Shown one piece after another: positions 29,772-39,948 of a DNA stretch of 64,000 nucleotides (position 1 is its first letter; each line of letters starts with the position of its first letter). Under the pieces are notes generated by a model that had not been told where the DNA came from, ran no database searches, and saw only the letters and a list, made by a program, of their open reading frames with translations. The DNA is taken from NCBI GenBank assembly GCA_963701965.1, contig OY969695.1, forward strand, positions 3,168,001-3,232,000, read 5' to 3'. Both the position numbers and the translations under genes were made by a program. This DNA comes from an uncultured Gemmatimonadales bacterium. GTDB taxonomy: Bacteria > Gemmatimonadota > Gemmatimonadetes > Gemmatimonadales > Gemmatimonadaceae.

Positions 29772-30883
29772 CAGAGGCCAATATCCGCAATAGTGGAGGC
29801 GCTGCCGACGACGTGGAGACGCCGGCTGTGCTCATCGACTTGGATATCTTCGAGCGCAATCTGGACCGGATGGCCGCGTACACCAGTGCGCACCGGCTCA
29901 GCCTCCGCCCCCATGTGAAGACGCACAAAGCCCCCGCCGTCGCTCGCCAGCAGCTCGGGCGTGGCGCCGTCGGGCTCACGTGTGCGACGGTGACCGAGCT
30001 GGAGGTGATGGCCGCCGTCACCGACGATCTGTTGTTCGCCTATCCGCCCGTCGGCCCACGACGACTGCTCCGTCTCGAAGCGGTCGCCAAACGCCGACGA
30101 CTCACGGTCACCGTCGAATCCCAGGAGGCGATCGACGCGCTTGCCATGGTCGCGTGCAGCGCCAAGCAGCGCGTCCGCGTCCTCCTCGAGATCAATGTGG
30201 GGATGCACCGAACCGGTGTCGCCGGCGTGCACGAGGCCGTGGCTCTCGCGCGGTACGCGGCCGAACGGTCCGAGCTCGAGTACGCCGGCATCGCGTACTA
30301 TCCGGGCCACATCCGCCAGCATGTCCAATCGCAGGATGCGCAGTTCGAGACGCTGAATAGTCACCTCGAGACCCTTGTTGCCGCCCTCGGCACCGCCGGT
30401 TTGGCCCCGGGGATGGTGAGCGGCGGGTCGACTCCGACGGTGTGGCGGACTCACGAGCTCGCAGGAACTACCGAGATCCGGCCGGGCACGTACGTATACA
30501 ACGACGTCACGACAGCGGCGATCGGCGCGTGCGCCTGGACCGACTGCGCGGCGACGATCGTCACGACGGTGGTGAGCACCGCCGTCGGCCAGGCGGTCGT
30601 CGACGCCGGGACAAAGGCTCTGGGCCGAGAGCCGATCCGCGGCGTGGCGCAGGATGGCTTCGGGGTGGTCATCGATCACCCGGAAGTGACGGTCGCCCGC
30701 ATGTCGGAAGAACACGGCGTGCTCGATCTCGGCAGCACATCGTGGCGACCATCGATCGGCGACCGTGTGCGGATCATTCCGAACCACGTGTGCGTCGCTA
30801 TGCACCTCTACGACTCCGTCCATGCCGTGCGCGATGGGAATGTCACAGCCGTGTGGCCGGTGGCGGCGCGCGGACGGTTATGA
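29768..30883 (+). CDS. D-threonine aldolase / D-serine dehydratase (DSD1) family PLP enzyme
   Basis: RPHVKTHK, GGSTPT, EIRPGTYVYND, SEEHG, PNHVC; ATGA-coupled to the hydrolase. Confidence 0.92.
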   Translation: MTEANIRNSGGAADDVETPAVLIDLDIFERNLDRMAAYTSAHRLSLRPHVKTHKAPAVARQQLGRGAVGLTCATVTELEVMAAVTDDLLFAYPPVGPRRLLRLEAVAKRRRLTVTVESQEAIDALAMVACSAKQRVRVLLEINVGMHRTGVAGVHEAVALARYAAERSELEYAGIAYYPGHIRQHVQSQDAQFETLNSHLETLVAALGTAGLAPGMVSGGSTPTVWRTHELAGTTEIRPGTYVYNDVTTAAIGACAWTDCAATIVTTVVSTAVGQAVVDAGTKALGREPIRGVAQDGFGVVIDHPEVTVARMSEEHGVLDLGSTSWRPSIGDRVRIIPNHVCVAMHLYDSVHAVRDGNVTAVWPVAARGRL

Positions 30884-30889
30884 AAGGGG

Positions 30890-31675
30890 TTAGAGACGAA
30901 ATCGCCAGACCGCGCTGCCCGTCATGGGATCGCTCACGCGATGGGAGCGGACGGCGAACACGCGGTCGATGAGTTCTGGCGTGAGGGCGTCGGCGTGCTC
31001 GGCCTCGGCGGCGACGCGGCCCTCGTGCAGTACGAGGAAATGATCGCCGTAGTCGCAGGCGACGTTGATGTCGTGCAGAATCGCGATCACCGTGCAGTTG
31101 TGCTGGAGGAGATCGCGGGCGACGTTCAGGATCTGGATCTGATAGTGCACGTCCAGGCTCGACGTGGGCTCGTCCAGGAACAGGTAGCGATGCTGGGCGG
31201 CATCGTCGTAGTTCCAGATCTGGGCCAACACGCGGGCGAGTTGCGCCTTCTGGCGCTCGCCCGCGGAAAGTGTCGGGTAGGGCTGGTCGCGCTTGGGCGA
31301 GAGGTCGACGAGATCCAGCGCGCGGTCGACGATCGCCAGATCGGCGGGGGTGGGGACGCGACCATAGTAGGGGTAGCGGCCCATGAGCGCGACGTCGCGG
31401 ACCGTCAGGGGAAACGCGAGGTCCACGCTCTGGGAGAGCACGGCCCGGCGGCGGGCGAGCGTCTCGGGCGGGATCGTCGACAGACGGGTCTCGCCGTAGC
31501 GCACGTCGCCCGTCGCCGGCTGGAGCAAGCCCGTGGCCAGCTTGAGCAACGTCGACTTGCCCGCGCCGTTGGGACCCAGGATCACGTTGAAGGCCTGCGG
31601 GCGAAATCGCGCCGACACGCCATCGATGATCCGGACCGCGCCCGCGTCGTAGGCGAGGTTCCGGATCTCGATCAC
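30890..31675 (-). CDS. hmuV: Heme ABC transporter ATP-binding protein
   Basis: GPNGAGKS, LARRRAVLSQ, ARVLAQIW, LDEPTSSLD. Confidence 0.9.
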   Translation of the reverse strand: MIEIRNLAYDAGAVRIIDGVSARFRPQAFNVILGPNGAGKSTLLKLATGLLQPATGDVRYGETRLSTIPPETLARRRAVLSQSVDLAFPLTVRDVALMGRYPYYGRVPTPADLAIVDRALDLVDLSPKRDQPYPTLSAGERQKAQLARVLAQIWNYDDAAQHRYLFLDEPTSSLDVHYQIQILNVARDLLQHNCTVIAILHDINVACDYGDHFLVLHEGRVAAEAEHADALTPELIDRVFAVRSHRVSDPMTGSAVWRFRL

Positions 31676-32703
31676 GAGAGCGTGCCCAGGCGACTCCGCT
31701 GGTGGAGCAGGATCGACAGGAACACCGGTGCGCCGACCGCCGCCGTGATGATGCCGATCGGGAGCTCCGCCGGTCGCACGATGACGCGGGCCACGATGTC
31801 GACGAGCGTCATGAAGAGCGCGCCCAGGAGTGCCGAGGCGGGCAACAGAAACGTGTAGTCGGCGGACTTGAGGAGCCGCAGGATGTGCGGCACGATGAGG
31901 CCGACGAACGCGATCACCCCGACCATTGCCGTCGCCACCGCGACCATCAGCGTGTTCACGATCAAGAGCCGCCAGACCAACGCCTGCGGGTCGATCCCCA
32001 AATACGACGCCTCATCTTCGCCGAGCATGAGCGCGTTGAGCGCTTTGCCGAAGCGACGGGACTCAATGTAGCCACCAGCGAAGACCAGGGCGATGAGGCA
32101 CGCGCCGCGCCAATCGGCCGTGGTAAAGGTCCCGAGACTCCAGAACGTGATGTTGCGGGCCTGCGGATCGCGCGCAATGTACGAGAGGAAACCCGTGCCC
32201 GCGGCCGAGACGGCGTTGACGGCGATCCCGGCCAGGAGGAGCGTCAGAACGTTGACCTTACCGAACGCCGTCGACAGGCGGTAGACGATGAGTGTCGCCG
32301 CGAATCCCCCCGCAAATGCGACCACCGGCACGGCGAGCGCGAAGTGGGCGCCAAAGACGAACACCAGCGCGGCGCCGAACGCGGCGCCGGATGATGTGCC
32401 GACGAGGCCCGGCTCGACGATCGGGTTGCGGAAGAGACCCTGCATCAGCGTCCCGGAGACCCCGAGCACCGCGCCGGTGAGCGCGGCGACGGCGGCACGG
32501 GGGAGGCGCAGTTCCACGAATATGTTGCGGTCCAACGCGTCGGCGGCCACAGCGGGTGTCGCGCCAATGGCCTGGAGCGTGAGGGCCAGCATGCGGCTCG
32601 GGGAATACGTGAGCGCGCCGACGCCCGCCGAGGCGACGAGGGCGACGGCAAGGAGCGCCGCGAGAGCTACAGAGATCTGATGGTACGAGAGGCGCCGCAG
32701 CAA
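31672..32703 (-). CDS. hmuU: Heme/iron ABC permease (FecCD family)
   Basis: RLPR, MQGLFRNP, IAFVGLIVPH, ELPIGIITA; TTG start inferred. Confidence 0.9.
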   Translation of the reverse strand: MLRRLSYHQISVALAALLAVALVASAGVGALTYSPSRMLALTLQAIGATPAVAADALDRNIFVELRLPRAAVAALTGAVLGVSGTLMQGLFRNPIVEPGLVGTSSGAAFGAALVFVFGAHFALAVPVVAFAGGFAATLIVYRLSTAFGKVNVLTLLLAGIAVNAVSAAGTGFLSYIARDPQARNITFWSLGTFTTADWRGACLIALVFAGGYIESRRFGKALNALMLGEDEASYLGIDPQALVWRLLIVNTLMVAVATAMVGVIAFVGLIVPHILRLLKSADYTFLLPASALLGALFMTLVDIVARVIVRPAELPIGIITAAVGAPVFLSILLHQRSRLGTLS

Positions 32704-32705
32704 CG

Positions 32706-33679
32706 CTACTCGCGATCCGACGGGTCCAACTGCGGCAAGATCTGACTCTCGTAGCAGCTGGGACGAATGCCGTGACTGAGCTGGGCGGTGGTGTGCTGCG
32801 CCAAATACGCGTCCAACGTCAGCCAGTAGTTCTCGTCGTTCCGCAGTCGCTTGCAATAGGAGCAGATCGGCAAGATCTCCTGCAACGTGCGGACCTCGAC
32901 GAGCGCCGCCTGGAGCTTGCGAACGAGCTGTTCCCGCTCCTCCTCCGCTTGCTTCCGCGCCGTGATATCGCGCGCGACGGAGTAGATCATGTGCTTGGCG
33001 GCGTCCGGCCCGGCATTCCAGAGTAGCCACCGATACGAGCCGTCCTTGCACCGGTAGCGGTTCTCGAAGCCGAGCGCATGGCCGCCGGCCCGGACGGCGG
33101 CGTTCTGCCGGAGCGTGTTTTCGCGATCGTCGGGGTGCACGAACTCGATGAACGGCCGGGACATCAGCTCGGCGCGCGTGAACCCGAGCGTCTTCTCCCA
33201 GGCCGGATTCAGGCGCTTGAAGTACCCACTGAAGTCGAGCATGCACAACAAGTCGATCGAGACCGAGAAAAAGCGCTCTTCCAGCTCGTGCGCCCGTCGC
33301 GTCAGGTCGAAACGGCAGAGCGCCAGCTCGATATTGATGCTCAGCTCGCGGTCAGCGAACGGCTTGGTGACATAGCCGTGCGGCTCGGTCACGCTGGCCC
33401 GCGCCAGCGTCGCGCTGCTTGCGTCCGCGGTCGTGAAGATGACCGGGATCGACCGGCGTTGACGGATCGCCTGCGCCGCCTCGATGCCCGACACGTCGCC
33501 GGCGAGTGCCAGATCCATCAGCACGAGGTGCGGTTCCAGTCGCGCGGTCAACGTGAGCGCCTCGCGGCCGGTCGCGGCAATCGCCGTGACGTTGTACCCC
33601 AATCGCGCCAGTCTCGCTTCAAGGTCCTGGGCGACGGCGGGGTCGCTCTCCGCCACCAGAAATGTCGCGGTGCAGCCAT
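32706..33679 (-). CDS. REC-PAS protein with C-terminal Cys-rich motif (probable 1-bp deletion near 33661)
   Basis: LVLMDLAL REC, FVHPDD PAS, ICSYCKR...SHGIRPSC tail. Confidence 0.85.
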
Positions 33680-33695
33680 CAGGGGGCGCAGCAAG

Positions 33696-34547
33696 TCATG
33701 AGTGGAGGATCGTCTCGAGCTTCCGAACCGTGGCCGTGGTCCGCGGGCCGAAGTACATGACTTCGGTCTCGTCGATGCGGTAGATCTTCCCCGTCTTCCC
33801 GGCCGGCGTGAGATCCACGCCCGGCAGCTTCCGGAACGCGTCGACGCTGCCCACGCGATCGAACCCGACATCGGTGGCCAGGATGATGTCGGGCGCCGAC
33901 CTGGCGATGATCTCGGGCGTGAGGCGCTTCATGGTGCCCGCGGTGTCAATGGCGTTGACGCCGCCGGCCCAGCGGATGATCTGCGTCGTGGGACCTTGGC
34001 CGGTGACGCCGAGATAGCTGTTGCCGATCTGGCCGAAATGCATCACCAGAACCCGAGGTCTCGCTGCGCGTGAGCAACGGGCCGTGTCGGCGAAGATCGA
34101 GTCCATGCCCGCCTTCCAACGCGCGACAAGGCTGTCGGCGGAGGCACTACGGCCAAAGCGACGACCCAAGTCCGTCATCATGAGCTCGGCGCTATCGAGC
34201 GATGAGCCTGGGGGAAGCGTCACGACGGGAATGCCGACCTTGCGGACCTGATCCAAGACGGCATCGGGACCGACGTTGCCGTCAGTCAGCAGGAGCGTCG
34301 GGCGCATCGAAGTGATCCCTTCGGCACTCAGCGCGCGGTGGTATCCGACGGAGGGTAGCGTCGTAATCTCGGGCGGGTAGATCGACGTCAGGTCCCGGGC
34401 GACGAGGTGGGACTGGGCTCCGATCGCATAGAGAAACTCGTTGATCTGCTTGGAGACGCAGACGACGCGCGAGAGATCAACACCCGCGGACTGCGCCGGG
34501 TGGCACGCGACCGTGGCCAGCAGGGCGACCAACGCTCGCCGGACCAT
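33696..34547 (-). CDS. hmuT: Heme ABC substrate-binding lipoprotein
   Basis: TVAC lipobox; DLTSIYP...LPSVGYHRALSAEG heme-Tyr motif. Confidence 0.85.
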   Translation of the reverse strand: MVRRALVALLATVACHPAQSAGVDLSRVVCVSKQINEFLYAIGAQSHLVARDLTSIYPPEITTLPSVGYHRALSAEGITSMRPTLLLTDGNVGPDAVLDQVRKVGIPVVTLPPGSSLDSAELMMTDLGRRFGRSASADSLVARWKAGMDSIFADTARCSRAARPRVLVMHFGQIGNSYLGVTGQGPTTQIIRWAGGVNAIDTAGTMKRLTPEIIARSAPDIILATDVGFDRVGSVDAFRKLPGVDLTPAGKTGKIYRIDETEVMYFGPRTTATVRKLETILHS

Positions 34548-34551
34548 GCGG

Positions 34552-36915
34552 TCAGAAGACATAGGAGAGGGTGAGACTACCATAGATGGACGCGTGGTAG
34601 GGCGCCGGCAGGATGTACCCGTCGCCGTTGCCGCCGTCCGGCGATTGGGCGAGCGCCTTGTAGTTGGGGCCGACGAACAGGAACGTGTAGTACGTCTCGC
34701 CGGTGAGGTTGTCGCCCCCGATCGCCGCGTCGATCTTGTAGCGCTTGGCGATCACCGTCTTGTAGCCCACCTTGGCGCCGAGGAGGTCGTATCCTCGGAC
34801 CCAGGTGGAGTTGTCGAACGTGACGGGGACCTTGTCGACGTGCTGGTACGTGCCGTTGGCGTAGAAGCCGAGGCGCGTTCCCGCGTCGAGGCCGGCGGTG
34901 AGGAAATTGCGCGGGACGCGCGCGACCTGATTCCCGGAGTAGTCGACCGTGGCGGTCGTATGGTTGTTGTCGCTCTCGAAATCGACGTACTTGGCGTCGG
35001 TATACGTGTACGAGACCCAGGGCCGGAGCAGCGACAGGAGCTGGTCCCGGCGGTCCACGACCGAGTAGCTGAGTGACGCTTCGACGCCGCGGTTCCGCTG
35101 CTTGCCGGCGTTCGTGGTGAACGTCACCGCGTTCGCCGTCTCGGTCACCAGCTTGTCCGTGTTCTCGAGATCGTACAGCGTCAACTCTCCGATCAGCCGT
35201 TGCGCGAGCAGCGCGGTGTGGGCGCCGAGCTCGTACTGGACGGCGCGTTCCGGTTTGAGCGCGGCGTTGACGGTGCCGTTGTTGGCTACCGCGTCGCTCA
35301 GGAGCGGCGGCGTAAAGCCGCTGCTCACGTCGCCGAACACGGCCAGCGCGTCCCCGAAGCCCTTGGTGACCGCGATGCGGGGCGTAAAGACGGTGCCGAA
35401 CGACTTGTCGAGTGACGACGTCGTGTCGAACACCTGCTTGTTCACCAACAGGTTGTGGACGACGAATTGATCTTTGTTGAGACTTCCACCGACGGTGACC
35501 GTGACCTGGCTGGGCAGGCTCACGTTCCACTCGGTGAACAGGGATGCATTGACGGCGTAGTTCTGCTGGTCGCTCGGGTTTTCCGGGAACGGTGGGGCGG
35601 GGACGATGAAAACCCCGTTCGTCGTCACGTTCGAGCGCTGGAGCATCCCGCCGAGGGTGCCGTGGATGCCGACGATCCCGACCTGCGACGTATACGTGAA
35701 CGCGGTGCGGGCGCCGAGGTTGTACTGGTTCGCGTCGGTGAAGCCGTGGGCGAACGGTTGGTGGCTGGAGCGGCCGCTGCCGAAGATCGTCGTCTGGTTG
35801 GCGAAGTGGTCGTCGATCGAGTAGTCGTCGGTGATGGCGGCGACGATACTGGACAGGTTGATCGCCGAGTTGTTGGCGAGGTAGTTCGCGTCGGAAGCCG
35901 GGAGGCGGCCGTAGAAATCGGTGCTGTCGATCTCGCCGGCCAGGTTCTCGAACGAGCGGTTGTAGGAGACGTACGCGGACACGAACTGGTGGGATCCCGC
36001 GCGGAAATCCGCGGTACCGTGCCAGTACTCTTTGTCCGACCCGCTATGGGGGCGGAACGAGTCGAAGCCCTGATGCCCGTACGTCAGCGAGAAGTCCGAG
36101 CCATCGGCGCTCGCGTGGTCCAGCGTCGTCGTCGCCCGCAGGAGGTCATACGAGCCGCCTGTCACTTGTTGCGTGAGTGAAGTGCCGATCGCGTCGGGTC
36201 TCGCGGTCGTCATCTTGACCGTGCCGCCGATGTAGCTGCCGTAGAGACTCGACGACGGGCCCTTGATGACCTCGACGCTGCTCAACGTGGCGTAGTCGAT
36301 GTCATCCAGGATCGTGGTGCCGGTGGCGTCGGTGATGGGGATGTGATTCAGGAGGACCTGGTAGCCCAACCCGTTCGAGTTCGGGCTGTTCCCGCTGGTG
36401 CTGGGGTAGTAGCCGCGGATCGTGATCCGGGCGCCGCCGAACGGCGTGCGGGATTGCATGAACACGCCCGGGATCGTGTTGATCGCGTCGGGAAGGCTCA
36501 AGCCAGTGCCGCGATCGAGATCGTCGGCCGTCAGGACGCCGGCGGAGGACGCCGGGCGCGCAGCGACGACCTGGATGCCGGGAAGCGTAGCCAGCGGCGT
36601 GAGCGCGATCCGGAGCGGCGTGGTGGCGCCGTCCAGCGCCACCGTGTCGGGCTCGAAGCCAGGGTGCGAGACGGTCAGTTTCGCCAGCGGCCCGTCGGGT
36701 CGCAAGGCAAATCGGCCCCCGTCGTCCGTTGTGGCGGTGACCGTGCTCCCTTCGGCGCCGACCGTGGCGCCGACCACCGCCTGGCCGGTCGCCGCGCTCA
36801 CGACCGTGCCACGGATCACCGTTTGGGCGGGAAGCGCCAGTGGTGTCGCCAGTAGAAAGAGCGCGGGAAGCCCCCCGCGCAGGGACTGTCTTGTCAACTC
36901 GCCAAACCTGGCCAT
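34552..36915 (-). CDS. TonB-dependent receptor (heme/iron)
   Basis: VEVIKGPSSSLYG plug, LKPE, NAGKQRNRGVE, C-terminal Phe; first gene of the hmu operon. Confidence 0.9.
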   Translation of the reverse strand: MARFGELTRQSLRGGLPALFLLATPLALPAQTVIRGTVVSAATGQAVVGATVGAEGSTVTATTDDGGRFALRPDGPLAKLTVSHPGFEPDTVALDGATTPLRIALTPLATLPGIQVVAARPASSAGVLTADDLDRGTGLSLPDAINTIPGVFMQSRTPFGGARITIRGYYPSTSGNSPNSNGLGYQVLLNHIPITDATGTTILDDIDYATLSSVEVIKGPSSSLYGSYIGGTVKMTTARPDAIGTSLTQQVTGGSYDLLRATTTLDHASADGSDFSLTYGHQGFDSFRPHSGSDKEYWHGTADFRAGSHQFVSAYVSYNRSFENLAGEIDSTDFYGRLPASDANYLANNSAINLSSIVAAITDDYSIDDHFANQTTIFGSGRSSHQPFAHGFTDANQYNLGARTAFTYTSQVGIVGIHGTLGGMLQRSNVTTNGVFIVPAPPFPENPSDQQNYAVNASLFTEWNVSLPSQVTVTVGGSLNKDQFVVHNLLVNKQVFDTTSSLDKSFGTVFTPRIAVTKGFGDALAVFGDVSSGFTPPLLSDAVANNGTVNAALKPERAVQYELGAHTALLAQRLIGELTLYDLENTDKLVTETANAVTFTTNAGKQRNRGVEASLSYSVVDRRDQLLSLLRPWVSYTYTDAKYVDFESDNNHTTATVDYSGNQVARVPRNFLTAGLDAGTRLGFYANGTYQHVDKVPVTFDNSTWVRGYDLLGAKVGYKTVIAKRYKIDAAIGGDNLTGETYYTFLFVGPNYKALAQSPDGGNGDGYILPAPYHASIYGSLTLSYVF

Positions 36916-37026
36916 GACGCTCGTGGTGACATTATTGAGACCGTCGAGATATAGCAGGTCCAGCAGTCCAGTTGGAGGGCATGGCGGCGTCTCGCGCACG
37001 CCGAGTGGGCTCACTACCTTGGTCTC

Positions 37027-38529
37027 ATGCCATTTGCTCCGACCATCAAGCTGTTCATCGGCGGCGCGTTCCGTGAGTCGGCGACGTCAGACTGGCGCGA
37101 CGTGGTCGATCCGGCGACTCAGCAGGTGCTGGCGCGCGTGCCGATGGCGACGCGTGAGGAGGTCGACGCGGCGGTCGCCGCCGCGCAGGCGGCATTCCTT
37201 TCGTGGCGCCGCACGCCCATCGGCGTACGGGCGCGGATCTTTCTCGCCTATCAGCACCTGATCCGCGATCATATGAAGGAACTGGCGGCCCTGGTCACCG
37301 CCGACCATGGCAAGACACTGGCTGATGCCGAGGGCGAGGTGTTTCGCGGGCTCGAGGTCGTGGAGCAGGCCGCGAACATTGGCACCCTGCAGATGGGCGA
37401 GATGGCCACCAACGTGGCCACGAACGTCGATACCTACACGCTGCAGCAGCCACTCGGCGTCTGTGTCGGCATCACGCCGTTCAATTTCCCCGCGATGATT
37501 CCGCTCTGGATGTTCCCGATGGCCATTGCCTGCGGGAACACCTTCGTGCTCAAGCCGTCGGAGCAAGATCCGATGAGCACCATGCGCCTCGTCGAGCTGG
37601 CGGTCGAGGCGGGGATACCGGCCGGCGTCTTGAACGTCGTGCACGGCGGCGAGATGGTCGTCAACGCCCTCTGCGACCACCGCGACGTGAAGGCGGTGTC
37701 GTTCGTCGGATCCACGCGCGTCGGCACCGCGGTGTATCAGCGCGCGTCCCAGGCCGGCAAGCGCGTGCAGTGCATGATGGGGGCGAAGAACCACGCCATC
37801 GTACTCCCCGACGCGCACAAAGAACACACGATGAACAATCTCCTCGGCGCCTCGTTCGGCGCCGCGGGGCAACGCTGCATGGCCGTGTCGGTGGCGGTTC
37901 TCGTCGGCGAGACGCGGTCGTGGATTCCCGAGCTCGTGGCGCGGGCCAAGCGGCTGACCGTCGGCAACGGCGCCGCGCCGCACACCGATCTGGGGCCGCT
38001 CATTTCGTGCGCGGCGAAGGAACGCGTCGAGCGGTTGATCGCCCAGGGACAGGCCGAGGGCGCGACACTCGAGCTGGATGGGCGCTGCCCGGACGTGCCG
38101 AACGGAGCGGCCGGCAATTTCGTGGGGCCCACGATCTTCTCCAACGTCACACCGGGGATGCGGATCTACGAGGAGGAGATCTTCGGCCCCGTGCTCTGCA
38201 TCGTGAGCGCCGACACGCTCGACGATGCCATCGCGATGACCAACGCCAACCCGAACGGCAACGGGACGGCGATCTTCACGCAATCGGGCGCCGCGGCCCG
38301 GCGGTTCCAAGAGGAGATCGACGTCGGACAGGTCGGCATCAACGTCCCGATCCCCGTGCCCGTGCCTCTCTTCTCGTTCACCGGATCGCGCGCGTCGAAG
38401 CTCGGGGATCTCGGCCCATACGGGAAGCAGGTGGTCTTGTTCTACACCCAGACCAAGACGGTCACCGCCCGCTGGTTCGACGACCAAGTGGTGGCAAGCG
38501 GCCCCAACACGACGATCAGCCTGCGCTAG
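37027..38529 (+). CDS. mmsA: CoA-acylating methylmalonate-semialdehyde dehydrogenase
   Basis: [40 protein letters not shown]. Confidence 0.96.
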   Translation: MPFAPTIKLFIGGAFRESATSDWRDVVDPATQQVLARVPMATREEVDAAVAAAQAAFLSWRRTPIGVRARIFLAYQHLIRDHMKELAALVTADHGKTLADAEGEVFRGLEVVEQAANIGTLQMGEMATNVATNVDTYTLQQPLGVCVGITPFNFPAMIPLWMFPMAIACGNTFVLKPSEQDPMSTMRLVELAVEAGIPAGVLNVVHGGEMVVNALCDHRDVKAVSFVGSTRVGTAVYQRASQAGKRVQCMMGAKNHAIVLPDAHKEHTMNNLLGASFGAAGQRCMAVSVAVLVGETRSWIPELVARAKRLTVGNGAAPHTDLGPLISCAAKERVERLIAQGQAEGATLELDGRCPDVPNGAAGNFVGPTIFSNVTPGMRIYEEEIFGPVLCIVSADTLDDAIAMTNANPNGNGTAIFTQSGAAARRFQEEIDVGQVGINVPIPVPVPLFSFTGSRASKLGDLGPYGKQVVLFYTQTKTVTARWFDDQVVASGPNTTISLR

Positions 38530-38544
38530 CGCCGTACGCCGGCG

Positions 38545-39750
38545 CTATTTCGCCGTGATGGGCGCCGTCCACACGAACGTGTCCCAGCTAATGCGGAGCG
38601 CACCGGTGTTGCCCGAACCGGTCAGGTCGATGGCGAAGTCCTCGCGCGGGCTCGGCGCCGTCGCGACCTGCAGCGGGATCTTGAACATGTCCTGCTCCGG
38701 ATCGTAGTCGGTTCCCCACTGTCCGTGCTGGCGATTGACGATAAGCTGGACGGTGCCGTCCTTCGCGGGAATCGTCCACAGGCTGTACGTGCCCGCCGGC
38801 ACCGCGTTGCCCCCGATCGCGACATCGTGGGCGAAGATGATGTTGGTGGCCTCGTTCGCCCCGGTGCGCCACACGCGGTCGTACTGAACGACGCCACCGA
38901 GGATCTGTCGGCCGCGCTTCTGCGGACTGCCGAATGTCACGACGACCGCCTGACCGCCGATCGACCCCTTCGCGATCTTGTTGGGCGACGCCGCGCCCAG
39001 ACCCTTGTGATCGTGGTCCGCGGACGCAAAGGTCTTGGCCATGCGTTCGACATCGATAAAGTCGGTGCGATGGGACAGCGTCTTCTCGGTGGTCCGGTCG
39101 GCGTCAACGGCCGTGATATGACCGTCCCCGTCCACCGTGAGCTGCGTCCACCCGACGCCAAAGTAGTCCACATCGATCGACGTCGGCGACCGGCGCACGA
39201 AGGCGCGGGTTCCGGTCCGCGCCGTCCCCATGTCTATGGAGTTCACCCCAGTGGTGTCCTTCGCTCCGGCCACAACGCGCGGGAGAAACAGCTCGTACAT
39301 GCCGAGCGAGGAGTACAGGCCGTACGACGAGCCAAACCCGGTCATGTAGAAGGGAAACCCACCCTTCGCGAACGCGCGTACCGCGTTTTGCTGCTGTCCG
39401 TTGGGCGCGTCGGCCGTGACACGAGCCGCCGTGCCATCAAAGTCCATCGTCACGTGCTGCGACTGAACGTCGGAGGTCCCCATCGGCTTGACGTCGAGCA
39501 TGGTGTGGGTGACCGTCCCATCCTTACCCAGGTCCGCGGAGTAGTGGCAGAGGACGGTTCCGGGGATCCGCACCACGATGTAGCCGTCCACGTGGGTGTC
39601 GCTCCGCGTGATACTCTCGACCACGACCGTGTCGCGCCCTAGTGTCGTCACGAACGCCGCGCGCTCGTTCGGCGCCGGCGCGATGCTATCATGCGCGGGG
39701 CGGGCGCCGGCGCTCGGTGCGATCAGCCAAGCCACGACAAGTGCGTACAT
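38545..39750 (-). CDS. Secreted DUF2911-domain protein
   Basis: Signal peptide; WRTGANEAT...GTYSLWTIP...GQWGT. Confidence 0.85.
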   Translation of the reverse strand: MYALVVAWLIAPSAGARPAHDSIAPAPNERAAFVTTLGRDTVVVESITRSDTHVDGYIVVRIPGTVLCHYSADLGKDGTVTHTMLDVKPMGTSDVQSQHVTMDFDGTAARVTADAPNGQQQNAVRAFAKGGFPFYMTGFGSSYGLYSSLGMYELFLPRVVAGAKDTTGVNSIDMGTARTGTRAFVRRSPTSIDVDYFGVGWTQLTVDGDGHITAVDADRTTEKTLSHRTDFIDVERMAKTFASADHDHKGLGAASPNKIAKGSIGGQAVVVTFGSPQKRGRQILGGVVQYDRVWRTGANEATNIIFAHDVAIGGNAVPAGTYSLWTIPAKDGTVQLIVNRQHGQWGTDYDPEQDMFKIPLQVATAPSPREDFAIDLTGSGNTGALRISWDTFVWTAPITAK

Positions 39751-39948
39751 GATTGACTCGCCGGAACGACGTGATGGGATGTGATGAAACCGGTCGCGTG
39801 GCAGCCTCTGCGGCACACGCACCCAGGTACTATTGAGCTAGTCGGGTGAGCGGCCGCCCGGTAGTACCAAGCAGTGTTGGTTCGGGCAGACCATAAGAAG
39901 GGCGTGACTTCGAAACCAATGTCGGGGCAACCACGTACGGACGACCCA

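Noticed and set aside
31672..33246. 524-aa extended permease ORF
   Set aside because: The upstream part is an alternative frame of the REC-PAS gene. Permease-like sequence starts at about 32703.
36925..36955. Possible Fur box upstream of the heme receptor
   Set aside because: Only one AT-rich half-site (TCTCAATAAT); no convincing palindrome.
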